A stretch of DNA of 64,000 nucleotides from Hemiscyllium ocellatum. Taxonomy: Eukaryota. The stretch covers positions 5,764,006 through 5,828,005 of the forward strand of contig NC_083448.1 of NCBI RefSeq assembly GCF_020745735.1. Reading direction: 5' to 3'. The position numbers and the translations under genes are program-made. The notes under the pieces are model-generated. The model was not told where the DNA came from, did not search any database, and was given only the letters and a program-made list of their open reading frames with translations. Positions 12,250 through 24,480 of the stretch are shown here, one piece after another (within the stretch, counting starts at the first letter, position 1; every line of letters begins with the position of its first letter).

Positions 12250-12860
12250 GTCATTTTCCTATTCATTTGTGCGATATAGGTGTTATTCGAGCCAGCATTT
12301 GTTGGCCAACACTAATTGCCCTTTGGGAAGGTGGTGGTACACACCCTACTTGAGCCACCACAGTCAGGGTGTAGGGGTCATCCACCATGCTGTTAAGGAG
12401 TACCAGGATTTTGACCTGGCGACACTGACAGAATGGCAGAATAGTGCCAAGTCGGGATGGCGTGTGGCTTGGGATGGTGCTCCTATGTATCTGCTGCCCT
12501 TGTCGATCTCCGTGTCAGAGAGTTAGGAAGCAGCCTATTACTGCAGTGCACCCTGTCGATGGTACTGAGGGCCTCAGACAGATGGAGTGGTGGCCCTGGT
12601 GTTGATCAAGTGGGCTGCTTTCTTCTGGATGATGTGGAGCTTCTTGAGTGTTGTTGGAGCCACACCCATCCAACAAAATGGGTCGGATTCAATCACACTC
12701 CTGATTTGTGCAAAGGCTTTGGAGAGTCAGTTCGTCGCCACAATATACAGCCTGTCAGCTGCTTATGTACATGACCGCACTCCCAAAGCAAAGGATGTTA
12801 TGGTGGGGAATTCAGTGATAATAATGCCTCTGAATGTCATGGGAGGTGGTTAGATCCTTA
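12250..12860 (-). mobile_element. Decayed non-LTR retrotransposon (CR1/L2 group), same family as 61200-62710
   Basis: Shares GCTTCTTGAGTGTTGTTGGAGC (AAPTTLKKLDTIQ on the minus strand) with ~61790. Confidence 0.6.
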
Positions 12861-13302
12861 AAATATGATTCAATGTTGACTAAGTTACTGAGGAAGGTCT
12901 TTGAAGGAGGAGACAAATGAGTTAACAAGATAACTGACTGCACTTCTCGAATGCAAGAGTTGAGAGATGTGTTGAGAACCTGGGGTCAATCAGTATTGTT
13001 GAGACTGATGTTGCAAGGAATTTATGTTGAACTTACAACAAGCAGCATAGAAAGAAACTCAACTGGTCTGTGCCTTCATCTCATCACATAAACACACCCT
13101 TCTGCTTACTTCCTCATATGCAACGCTAATGTTTCCTTAAATGTGTGTGTTGTTTTCACATCAACTGCTCTATGTGGTAGAAAATTCCATAGCTTACCTA
13201 CTCCCGAGGGAGGAAGTTTCTCCTGTGTTTATTCTTTGATTTACTGATGTTTAATTTGCTAATTCTAATCTGTTTGTGTCGGTTTAAATCCTTTCAAACT
13301 AG

Positions 13303-13419
13303 GGCTTCAGGCAAGTTCTGAGACACAGTTGCTGGCACTTTACCCTCAGGAGCACACCTCCCAAGCTGCATCAAGTGCAGTTTCGAAAGCAAAGAAGAAG
13401 AAAAAAGAAGACCTAGCTG
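13303..13419 (+). CDS. C2orf42: C2orf42 coding exon 2 (GLQASSETQ...SKAKKKKKEDLA, NLS-like)
   Basis: TAG acceptor, G|GTGAGC donor, 117 nt, phase 1-1. The basic patch matches human SKSKKRRKDEV. Confidence 0.85.
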
Positions 13420-14094
13420 GTGAGCTCTTGTCCAAGGCAACAATTTTACTTTTTAGTGGGAACTTCGCAGCCTACAAGCTGAGGGCTGCGCAGGTCGACA
13501 GTGCCATCGAACTGCACCTTCAGCAATAGATTGAGGCCTCTGTTTACTCTCCCCGACCAACTGCCTCAGTTGGACTACACACACTGGCAAGGACTGGGAG
13601 GAACGTCGGTCTGTCCACATTTCACCATGGTCATTATTTTCCAATTCCAAATAATTGGGTACGGCATAATTTGCCTTCCATTTCATTCGCAGTGAAGTGG
13701 TTTGTGGACAGTCCCCTAGGAATACTGACGGGGGGAGTGCTTCATACTCCTGTAATCTACCCTCGCAACAAGAAATTCATGAACCGATATAGTCTTTGTT
13801 TGTATACAGCTCTCATGGGCCTTTGCAGTGACTGTTTTGTTTGTGCGTGTGCCTGAGACTCTTCTCTTTCTTTCTTTCCATCTTTCTGACCCCCTTTCTT
13901 TTGCAATCTTTTTTTCTTCTTTCGTGCTCTTTCCCTCTCGCACTCGCCCTCTCTCTCCTGCTTTCCCCCCCCGCTCTCTTCCCCCTTTCTCGCCTGCTCT
14001 TTCCCCCACCAGCGCGCGCGTGCTCTTTCCACTTGAGCTCCCCTCCCACACACACACACACACACACATACATCTGATTTATTCTCTCTTTTAG

Positions 14095-14196
14095 TGAGTC
14101 AACCCATCGATGAATCCCAGGTTACACTGACATTTCAAGATTGGCTCGCTAGTGTTACGGAGCGCATCAATCAAACGATGCATTACCAGTTCGACG
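14095..14196 (+). CDS. C2orf42: C2orf42 coding exon 3 ([34 protein letters not shown])
   Basis: TTTTAG acceptor, G|GTAAGT donor, 102 nt, near-identical to the human peptide. Confidence 0.95.
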
Positions 14197-15141
14197 GTAA
14201 GTCATAGGTTTTTGCAAAGTCGCTAGCTTTACGAAAGAGGCAGTAATCATTTATTTGGAAGTAATTTTCTGCAGACTGATATCTTAATTGTTGGTGTTGA
14301 CACCTTCACCCGAATAATTCATCACCTATTTTCACATTTGTTAGTAGCTGGAGTGGGCTTGCAACAGTGCAATTTCATGTAATAGTGTCTGTTGAGGAAA
14401 ACCATCTGGTTGTGACGTGCCCACTGCTGTTGAGTGTCGACCATCCACAGTGCGAAAAGATAGCAGAAACCGTAACTGCACAAGCACATGCACAAGAATT
14501 TAGAGTAGGAGTGGGCCATTTGGCCCCTCTAGCCTGCTCCACAATTCGATATGATCATTATTAAGGCCTTAACCAGTTTCCTACCTGGGCACTCACCTCA
14601 CCACCATAATAGTTGAAGTCAGTCTGAAATAAACTGAGGAACCCATCCTCCGCCGTTGCTGAGCAAGAGAGACTGATGGACTCTCACGATGATGCAGTAA
14701 CTTTTACCATTTCTGCAATCAGAGACTAAGCTTTAAAGCCTTGCACTTGTATCCTGCCGAACGATCATTCTTAAAATTACTGAGCCCATTCCAAGTGTTG
14801 GAAAAAGAGTATTTGTGAAAAGGTGAATAGTTTGGGGAGTCTGACCTGGAGAAGGCGCACCAGCCTGACAGAGATAGCTTGCACCCACGTAGCTCATCTG
14901 ACCTTGTGAAATGGAAGCCTCCACAGGATCAGATTTGTCACTTGCATGTTCGTGACTGCTTATCTGTTGCCACACATCTTCCGAACTGTACCACACCCCA
15001 AGAATAAAGCCTGGGAGTGGAGTGTTTCCAATGCTGTGATCAGCTGATTGACGCCTGCTACACCATTCCAGGTCGGGTTGGAAGTATTCCAGGAGGCTTT
15101 GTCGTGTGTGACCTCTGGATGGCTTGTCCTGGTTACAAGTT

Positions 15142-15986
15142 TGTGACAATACTGCCCCTTTAACAAGGTTGTGTTGTCCATGGTTTTTACCACGAGGGGT
15201 CATACAGGGCAGTGGTGCCGAAATGGCTGACAGGAACTGCCTACGTCAACAATCAGCGGAGCCCTTTAGGTTTTTTTTTTAAAAACAGTTGTACAATGAA
15301 AGGGGGAGTGGCCAGTTCTCCCCGTTCAGGATTTTTCCAGGAGAAAGTGAGGACTGCAGATACTGGAGATCAGAGTTGAAAAGTGTGGTGCTGGAAAAGC
15401 ACAGCAGGTCAGGCAGCGTCTGAGGGGCAGGAGCATCAACGTTTCGGGCATAAGCTGTTTGTCAGGCTTATGCCCGAAACATTGACTCTGCTGCTCCTCT
15501 GATGCTGCCTGACATGCTGTGCTTTTCCAGCGCCACACTTTTTGACTCGGGGGTTTTTTTCTAGTTTGGTTGAGTTTTAGCAGGCTGTCTGAAAACTGCT
15601 GGGGACCTGGAGAAGCAGCTGCAGTGAAAAGAGGATCCATGCTTCAACACATGTTTCTCTCTGAAACCTCTCCTGTCTGGAAGAACTAGTGTTTGAATTG
15701 ACCTTTTGACAAGGGCTGTGCTAATGGGATGTTACAGGGATTGGAACAGCTTTATTAAGTTGCGATATTATGTTGCTTGGGTTATCAAATGAGTTGCTAT
15801 TCTAATTTCTGTTTTCTTTTGTTTGTATTTCATTCATAATGTTTAAATCAATTCTGTATTGTTTAAAGCTGAGTGATCTGACCAGCTGCATCACTCCGGG
15901 AATATCCACTCTACATCTGTTTAAAAAGTTAGGGGCTGGGCGACCTTCTTCAAATGTTTTTAGGGAGTCTGGCCTGGTCCATAACA
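15142..15986. mobile_element. Candidate solo LTR interrupted by a palindromic PLE element
   Basis: Begins TGTGACA and ends CCATAACA. No clear target-site duplication. Confidence 0.35.
15341..15548. mobile_element. Palindromic PLE-derived mini-element
   Basis: Two inverted copies of the pLTR end meet at the GCTTATGCCCGAAAC hammerhead region. Confidence 0.8.
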
Positions 15987-16119
15987 ATCTACCTCGGCTT
16001 CTTCCTCCCCATCTCCTACACCCTTCTAACTTGTAAATGAGAAAGATTGAAAGAAAACACTTGGTTTAATGGCCCTGGGATTTGTTTGTTTTTGGCTGGA
16101 GTTGCTCACAGTTAGAGGA

Positions 16120-16285
16120 GGAAGTGGGGACAGCAGATGCTGGAAATCAGAGATGAGAGTGTGGCGCTGGAAAAGCACAGCTGGTCAGGCAGCATCCGAG
16201 GAGCAGGAGAGTTGACGTTTCAGGCCTTCCTGATGAAGAGCTTATGCTCGAAACGTCCCGCTCCTTGGAGGCTGCCTCTTTCTCA
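16120..16285. mobile_element. Palindromic PLE-derived mini-element with an intact hammerhead core (16230-16257)
   Basis: CTGATGA-A-GAGC-TTAT-GCTC-GAAAC-GTC. Confidence 0.75.
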
Positions 16286-17578
16286 CAGTGGTGAGGAGGA
16301 GATTAACCCTTAATTCCAGGATATTCCATTCTCACCCTGGAAATTGTCAGTGCCAGCCACATCCGGTCCCACATTATCACTGTTCAAACCCGGTGCTCAT
16401 CAGGAGTGTTGGAGCCTTCGGTCTTTGCTGCCAGCTCTTCTGTCTTGACAGCTTTGCATGTGACGCCCCAATGATTTAAAATTAATCAAGTAATTATCCC
16501 TGAGTTGGTGAGTTTAATTGCAACAGTATGTCACCAATCTGTTTGCTGACCGAGGTTTGCTTCGGGCACACGACCAATTTGCTTTTAGATTTCTCATCCT
16601 TTTGTTCAAATTCCTCCGTGCTATCACCCTCTCTCTACCTCCATAACCTCTTCTAACCCTCCAATCCTCAAAGAAGTTTTCATTTCTCCAATTTAATCCT
16701 GACGTGAGATTTCCTGGGGAGGAACCATTTTCCCACACTGCCCCATAGCCTATTTGCCTCAAATAACTATCCAGTTCCCCATTGAAATCATTTAGTGAAC
16801 ACATGAACTGGAAACAGAAGTGGCCCATTCGGCCCATTGAGCCTGCTTTACCATTCAGTAAGCTCATGGCTGATTGGTTTGTGTTTTGAATTCTGCATTC
16901 CCAGCCTTTGAATCCTTACCCTACTGAGGATCTACCTTATTCTGCCGTAAAAATATCTGAGGATCCTGCCTCCACCCAACGTCTGAGGCAGAGTTTCAAA
17001 GTTGTCCAGTCCTCTTTGGGAGAAAGAAGTTACTCCTCAACCCTGTCCGAAAAGGACAATCCCTCATCCCCTAATTTTCAGACAATGGCCCCGGCCCCAT
17101 CCTGCACACGCACGCATGCATACACCAGCACACACATATCCTTCTGACGTCCACGTTGTCAAGACCATTCAGCATCTTATACATTTCAATGTCCCTATTT
17201 TCAGTACCCTTGTGGACAGTAAGTTGCAGCTCCTTTTGTTTTCCCCAGTTACTGGAACCATCTACAGAGCCCTGAGCTATTGCAGTTCCTTTCCTGAACC
17301 TCCCCGTCTATCTCCTCCTGTACCACACGTTGTGGTATCTACCACTTTGAGTGCCTTGGCATCAAAATAGTTTTTGTCTGCTTCCACTCCTGTGTACTTT
17401 TTCGATCAACCTGTTCAAGGATGTTATTACACACCTCCTGGAGCAAGTGGGATTGGAACCCGAGTCTCACCGCCTTAGGACCAGCTCTTGCCATTCTCAA
17501 GGGATACTGTTGTTAAAAGAGTGACAGAACTGTGAGTCATCGCAGGCCCGGGTAAAATGCACCTTGTTTTTCTTGCAG

Positions 17579-17686
17579 GGAAGCCTGAACCACTGGTGTT
17601 CCATGTTCCTCAGATGTTTTTCGATGCCCTGCAGCAGAGGATTTCGATGGGAAGCAAAAAGAAACGCCTTCCCAACTCCACCACAG
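17579..17686 (+). CDS. C2orf42: C2orf42 coding exon 4 ([36 protein letters not shown])
   Basis: TTGCAG acceptor, G|GTAATC donor, 108 nt. Confidence 0.95.
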
Positions 17687-19157
17687 GTAATCTGTCTGCC
17701 TACCTGTGCAGGTACGGCATTGCAGCAAACCCTGGGACTAGTGTTTCGGGGTGCAAGTGCGTGGCAGATGCGTATATGGAATCTCTGATGTGACGTTATG
17801 ATAAGTTGCACAACCCCCCTCTGCAAACCTGACTTCAGATTCCGTTCAGTGAGCTGGAATGAATGGCCTTTGTCCGTTGCCATCGTCGTCCCCAGGGAAA
17901 TTGCATTCGGACTGGGTAATGATCCGGTTTCCACTTCTGGTATCGAACAAAACCAGAGGTCGTGTTCATAAAATTGTCACCAGTGATGCAGGTGGAGAAC
18001 TCCTTAATATCACGTTGGAGCTCAATACCACAGGGAGAGTGAGAAACAATAGCATCGATCTATTTAATAAAAAGCCTTAGAGGAGAAAGAAACACAAGGG
18101 GAAGCTGATAGGATGAGCCGAAGAGAGATAGAGGAGGCTTTTCTGGAGTGTGACCAGTTGGGCAAAGCAGCCTTGTTGTGTGCTGTGGGTTCTATGTCAT
18201 TCCTCTCAGTGCCAAATTGCTCCGGGTTTAGATCTAAAATGGGGGAATTACTGTCAGAGAAAACATGATGTCAGGAATTGGTACTTTCTGACTTGATCTC
18301 AAACATGGTCGCTGATGGAGTTGGGAGGAAGGAAGCTTTGCTCCACATCCGATGGTGATGCTGAACGACCACTATGAGAGGAGCATTTTCTTTTCATTGT
18401 TTCATGGGGTGTGGGTGACCAGCATTTGTGGACCATCCCTAACTGCCCTTTATTTGTGGCTTGCTATTTCCGAGGGCAATTGAGATACATCCATGTTGTT
18501 ACATGGCCCCTCGACACAGGATGAAGTACGAAACAGGGCACCGATCTAGGTTCATAACAATGATAAACTTAATAACCCCGACGATTCATAATAATGATAA
18601 ACTTAATAACCCCGACGATAGTAGGTCTATTGGCAGAATGCAGCATTATAGATCCCTGACACCTCCCTCCTCATCAAGCCAGTGCCTGAGCAGTCCCTTT
18701 CCATCAATACCCTCTCACCTCTGTATCCTTAACCATAACAATACAACTGACATCACAGGAACACACTGCTTTTGGAATCGAGTCATGTGTCGGCCAGACA
18801 GGAAACGATGGCAGATTTCCTCCCACAAAGGACTTTAGTCAATCAGATGATGTTTTTCACAACAATCAAGCCTTTCATGGCTGCCATTACTGAGACTAGA
18901 TTCAAATCCCATAATTGAGGAATTGAATTCAAGAGCCTTCTGTGGTGCAGTTGAACCCATGTTCTCGGTGAATTAGCAAAAGCCTCGGGGTTACTTGACC
19001 TACGGCATTACCATCATGTCAGCGTCTCCCCACAATTACCGACAGTGGTGCAGTTCAAAAAAATCTCAAAGTAGTTTTCAAAAGAACTGATGATAAATAA
19101 AATCCTGATTATTCTTTTGCATTATGTTCTGCCTGTCTCTCCCTGCCACTCTCTCTC

Positions 19158-19622
19158 NNNNNNNNNNNNNNNNNNNNNNNNNNNNNNNNNNNNNNNNNNN
19201 NNNNNNNNNNNNNNNNNNNNNNNNNNNNNNNNNNNNNNNNNNNNNNNNNNNNNNNNNNNNNNNNNNNNNNNNNNNNNNNNNNNNNNNNNNNNNNNNNNNN
19301 NNNNNNNNNNNNNNNNNNNNNNNNNNNNNNNNNNNNNNNNNNNNNNNNNNNNNNNNNNNNNNNNNNNNNNNNNNNNNNNNNNNNNNNNNNNNNNNNNNNN
19401 NNNNNNNNNNNNNNNNNNNNNNNNNNNNNNNNNNNNNNNNNNNNNNNNNNNNNNNNNNNNNNNNNNNNNNNNNNNNNNNNNNNNNNNNNNNNNNNNNNNN
19501 NNNNNNNNNNNNNNNNNNNNNNNNNNNNNNNNNNNNNNNNNNNNNNNNNNNNNNNNNNNNNNNNNNNNNNNNNNNNNNNNNNNNNNNNNNNNNNNNNNNN
19601 NNNNNNNNNNNNNNNNNNNNNN
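19158..19622. other. Assembly gap (N run) flanked by (CT)n
   Basis: N characters. Confidence 1.
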
Positions 19623-20059
19623 TCTCTCACTCTCCTGCCCCTCTCTCTCTCTCTCTCTCTCCCCCCACCCCCCCTCCTCAGAAGGGAGAATGCTGTATCT
19701 AGCAGCTTCAACTCCAAAATCCTAACTTCAACAACTGAAAGCAAAACCAAAACCTTGTGTCTATGTGAGCCTGACTCCACCCACTCATGATGCCTTTGTC
19801 TTCTTTCCAAAAAAACCCATGGCTATTGGCCGCTTTCGGTGGAGCAGACACCTTGGCACCAGGCATCATCAAGAGAAACAGGACAGAACCAATCTCTGTC
19901 AAAGGCACACTTCATCACAACTTGGAATGAAGTTTATTCCTTATAGTTTCTGCCTTCTGTAGCTCTTGGAGGAGCCCCTAGCTTGTTATTGACAGTGAGG
20001 ATACAAATGACAGCACCCCACCGTTTTCTCTTCATCACCAACATTGCTTGATAGCGGAA

Positions 20060-22000
20060 GATTGAGAGGTGAGTTCAGCATCCAGTAGAATGCTTACGCA
20101 ATTTAATTAACACTCTCTGCAGATTGGTAATGAAGTGTGAGTGAAGTACAAGTTGTGAAGCAGCGTAGGTTAATCCTAAAAGGTGAATATCAACCTTGGT
20201 ACAAAGCAGAGTCCATTTAATTCCCAAACTCCAACAAACAACGCTTTCATAAAATGTGCAAAAGTGAGAGAAGGTTTCAGGAAAATAAGAGACCAGGTAA
20301 CCCCCTCACATAAGGAGGTGACTGAGAGAGAACTGCCTACAATGCAAGTCAAGTCTGAAGTGTTCCCAGGGGAAGTGGAGAATCTGTAACTTGGACACTT
20401 AACGTCAGTGCTCAGCTTAGGAATTTCATATTGGATACTGGGGCCTAGTGTCACTGTACTATAAGGTAGGGTGATTAAGAAAATCCTGTCACGAGGCAAC
20501 GGCCATGCAGTGACGTGGTCGAGGAAAAATACATGACAAGCGACTCTCCAGCGGACGGGAGAATAGTAGGAAACCGATACATAGCTGACAATCAAAACTA
20601 CTCGCTCGAGTAGGAAGGCATGTGTCATTCTCAACATTATTTGAAAGTTGGAAGTGGTTAAACAGCAGAATCTAAGGAGCTCCTTTGTATTTGTAAATTA
20701 TTTAAACGGTTGGGGAAGCTGAATACTCAAGCCAGGAATACACTCAAGCACAGTTAATGCCCCACTAAGCTACAAAACTCTTGTGGGCGGCACGGTGGCA
20801 CAGTGGTTAGCACTGCTGCCTCACAGTGCCAGAGACCTGGGTTCAATTCCTGCCTCAGGCGACTGTCTGGAGTTTGCATGTTCTCCCCGCGTCTGCGTGG
20901 GTTTCCTCCGGGTGCTCCGGTTTCCTCCCACAGTCCAAAGATGTGCAGGTCAGGTGAATTGGCCATGCTAAGTTGCTAGGTAGGGGTAAATGTAGGGGTA
21001 TGGGTGGGTTGCGCTTCGGCGGGTCGGTGTGGACTTGTTGGGCCGAAGGGCCTGTTTCCACACTGTAAGTAATCTAATCTAAAAACCCTTGAGGCAGCTC
21101 CTCAAGAAGCTAGCGATGGTGTTGGAACCGGTATCAAGAGTACGCTGTTAAGAGGATCAAGGACATCTGGAGTCCATTGATGTTTTAGCGCACCCTAATC
21201 CATTTGCAACCATCAGTGCACTGGTGCTTCAGCTGGAGGCTTAGGAGCAGTACTTTCTCTACTGGATGAGAAAGAAGGAGCAAGAACGCCTTCAACAATA
21301 CAAAGAAATTTGACTTTGTTTCACAGTTCCATCAGAGAAACAGTACACATGCAGGCAAAAGTGCCAACGAATACACCCTCCAGAACCATGATCAGTCCAT
21401 TTACCAAATGGAATCGTACAGTCAAATTGCAGTGGTGCAATGGTCAGCGAGTCACAATTGGCTTAACCAGATTCAACAGGAGCATTCCAGGAACAGGGGA
21501 TGTCACAACATTTGTCAGGATTGGGTTAAAGGTTGGCCAGTTGGTCAGAGTTCCATTGGTTGACCATGAAACATCATCTGAGCACTGACAGCATTTTACA
21601 GTTTGTGCTCATCCAAGGAGCTGCAAACCAGCAGGAATTGTAAACTGTTCAAACCACTGAAGGGGTTGTATGAAGGAACTGCAGGACCCTTGCCCCATTA
21701 TGGCTTAACCAGCCACCTCTGGTCGACTGGGACAAACCTATCAGGGAACTTAATAATGCAAGGATTCAACAGATCTCAGACTGTCAGGAAGAGAATCACA
21801 ATCAACACAGCCAATGACCAGTCTTCCAAGCAATGTTCCCTCTGATCGCAGCATTGACTTCCAGTCCAAGAACTCATTGCTGTGCTTTGAACCCAGAGGC
21901 CCAACCAGCCGGAAAGAAAATTAGAGGGAACGCTGCTTCCAAGACTGAACGGAATGGTTTCAAAGAGTTGACTGAAATTGAGAAGGCAGAGACTTGTAAA
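20060..22000 (+). mobile_element. Highly decayed Ty3/Gypsy LTR-retrotransposon internal region
   Basis: Frameshifted motifs in Gypsy order: LINTLCRLVMKCE (gag, ~20105), FILDTGA/SVTVL (protease, ~20425-20460), LFKRLGKL (~20700), KPLRQLLKK..WCW (~21085) and ASAGGLGAVL (RNase H, ~21225-21255). Confidence 0.7.
20785..21081 (+). mobile_element. Full-length HE1 (V-SINE) with ~10-bp TSD, inserted in the Gypsy pol
   Basis: tRNA-derived head GGGCGGCACGGTGGCACAGTGGTTAGC, V-domain and (AATCT)n tail. Flanks AAAACTCTTG / AAAACCCTTG. Confidence 0.92.
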
Positions 22001-22024
22001 TAAATTTTTTAAAAATTCTTCCCG

Positions 22025-24480
22025 AGACCTAACTTTCCAAACATAGATTGGGACTGCCATAGTGTTTACGGTTGCGATGGAGAGGAATTTGTTAAATGTA
22101 TGCAAGAAAATTTTCTGATTCAGTATGTGGATGTACCTACAAGAGAAGGTGCAAAACTTGACCTACTCTTGGGAAATAAGGCAGGGCAGGGGACTGAGGT
22201 GTCAGTCGGGGAGCACTTTGGGGCCAGCGACCATAATTCTATTAGATTTAAAATAGTGATGGAAAAGGATAGACCAGATCTAAAAGTTGAAGTCCTAAAT
22301 TGGAGAAAGGCCAATTTTGACGGTGTTAGGCAAGAACTTTCAAAAGTTAATTGGAGGCAGATGTTCGCAGGTAAAGGGACGGCTGGAAAATGGGAAGCCT
22401 TCAGAAATGAGACAATGAGAATCCAGAGAAAGTATATTCCTGTCAGGGTGAAAGGAAAGGCTTGTAGGTACAGGGAATGGTGGATGACTAAAAGAAATTG
22501 AGGGTTTGGTTAAGAAAAAGAAGGAAGCATATGTCAGGTACAGACAGGATAGATCGAGTGAATCCTTAGAAGAGTATAAAGAAAGTAGGAGTATACTTAA
22601 GAGGGAGATCAGGAGGGCAAAATGGGGACATGAGATAGCTTTGGCAAATAGAATTAAGGAGAATCCAAAGGGTTTTTACAAATATATTAAGGACAAGAGG
22701 GTAACTAGGGAGAGAATAGGCCCCCTCAAAGATCAGCAAGGCGGCCGTAGAAAATGGGGGAGATACTAAACTAGTATTTTGCATTGGGTATTCACTGTGG
22801 AAAAGGACAAGGAAGATATAGAATGTAGGGAAATAAATGGTGACTTCTTGAAAAATGTCCATATTACAGAGGAGGAAGTGCTGGATGTCTTGAAACGCAT
22901 AAAGGTGGATAAATCCCCAGGATCTGATCAGGTGTATCCTAGAATTCTGTGGGAAGCTAGGGAAGTGATTACTGGGCCTCTTGCTGAGATATTTGTAGTA
23001 TCGATAGTCACAGGTGAGGTGCCGGAAGAATGGAGGTTGGCAAACGTGGTGCCACTGTTTAAGAAGGGCGGTAAAGACAAGCCAGGGAACTATAGACCAG
23101 TGAGCCTGAGTCGGTGGTGGGCAAGTTGTTGGAGGGAATCCTGAGGGACAGGATGTACATGTATTTAGAAAGGCAAGGACTGATTAGGGATAGTCAACAT
23201 GGGTTTGTGCGTAGGAAATCATGTCTCACAAACTTCATTGAGTTTTTTGAAGAAGTAACAAAGAGGATTGATGAAGGCAGAGCAGTAGGTGTGATCTATC
23301 TGGACTTCAGTAAGGCGTTCAACAAGGTTCCCCTTGGGAGACACATCAGCAAGGTTAGATCTCATGGAATACAGGGAGAACTAGCCATTTGGATACAGAA
23401 CTGGCTCAAAGGTAGAAGACAGAGGGTGGTGGTGGAGGGTTGTTTTTCAGACTGGAGGCCTGTGACCAATGGAGTGCCAGAAGGATCGGTGTTGGGTCCT
23501 CTACTTTTCATCATCTACATAAAGGATTTGGATGTGAGCATAAGAGGGACAGTTAGTAAGTTTGCAGATGACACCAAAATTGAAGGTGTAGTGGACAGCG
23601 AAGAGGGTTATCTCAGATTACAACAGGATCTTGATCAGATGGGCCAATGGGCTGGGAAGTGGCAGATGGAGTTTAATTCAGATAAATATGAGGTGCTGCA
23701 TTTTGGGAAAGCAAATCTTAGCAGGACTTAGACACTTAATGGTAAGGTCCTGGGGAGTGTTGCTGAACAGAGAGACTTTGGAGAGCAGGTTCATAGCTCC
23801 TTGAAAGTAGAGTCGCAGATAGATAGGATAGTGAAGAAGGCATTTGGTATGCTTTCCTTTATTGGTTAGAGTATTGAGTACAGGAGGTGGGAGGTCATGT
23901 TGCGGCTGTACAGGACATTGGTTAGGCCACTGTTGGAATATCGTGTGCAATTCTGGTCTCCTTCCTATCGGAAAGGTGTTGTGAAACTTGAAAGGGCTCA
24001 GAAAAGATTTACAAGGATGTTGCCAGGGTTGGAGGATTAGAGCTATAGGGAGAGGCTGAACAGGCTGGGGCTGTTTTCCCTGGAGCATTGGAGGCTGAGG
24101 GGTGACTTTATCGAGGTTTACAAAATTATGAGGGGCACGGATAGGATAAATAGATGAAGTATTTTCACTGGGGTTGAGGAGACCAGAACTAGATGGGCAT
24201 AGATTTAAGGTGAGAGGGGAAGGATAGAAAAAGAGACCTAAGGGGCATCTTTTTCACGCAGAGGGTGGTACGTGTATGGAACGAGCTGCCAGAGGATGTG
24301 GTGGAGGCTGGTACAATTGCAACATTTGAAAGGCATCTGGATGGGTATATGAATAGGAAGGGTTTGGAGGGGTATGGGCCGGGTGCTGGCAGGTGGGACT
24401 AGATTGGGCTGGGATATCTGGTTGGCATGGACGGGTTGGACCGAAGGGTCTGTTTCCATGCTGTACATCTCTATGACTCT
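22025..24480 (+). mobile_element. 5'-truncated CR1/HER1 LINE ORF2 (end of endonuclease plus RT), frameshifted
   Basis: NFPNIDW, LDLLL, SDHN, KSPGSD, GNYRPVSL, QHGF, DFSKAF, GVPEGSVLGP and KFADDTK motifs; CTATGACTCT tail. Confidence 0.97.

Noticed and set aside
14733-15203. 156-aa minus-strand ORF
   Set aside because: No recognisable domain, antisense within an intron and overlapping a probable LTR edge.
19090-19810. ORFs spanning the N run (also 57399-57798)
   Set aside because: Open only because of assembly gaps.
20785-20860. tRNA gene
   Set aside because: It is the tRNA-derived head of an HE1 SINE, continuous with the SINE body and tail; the same applies to the other copies.
22100-23731. 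Functional reverse transcriptase gene
   Set aside because: 5'-truncated CR1 ORF2 broken into at least four frames by stops and frameshifts.
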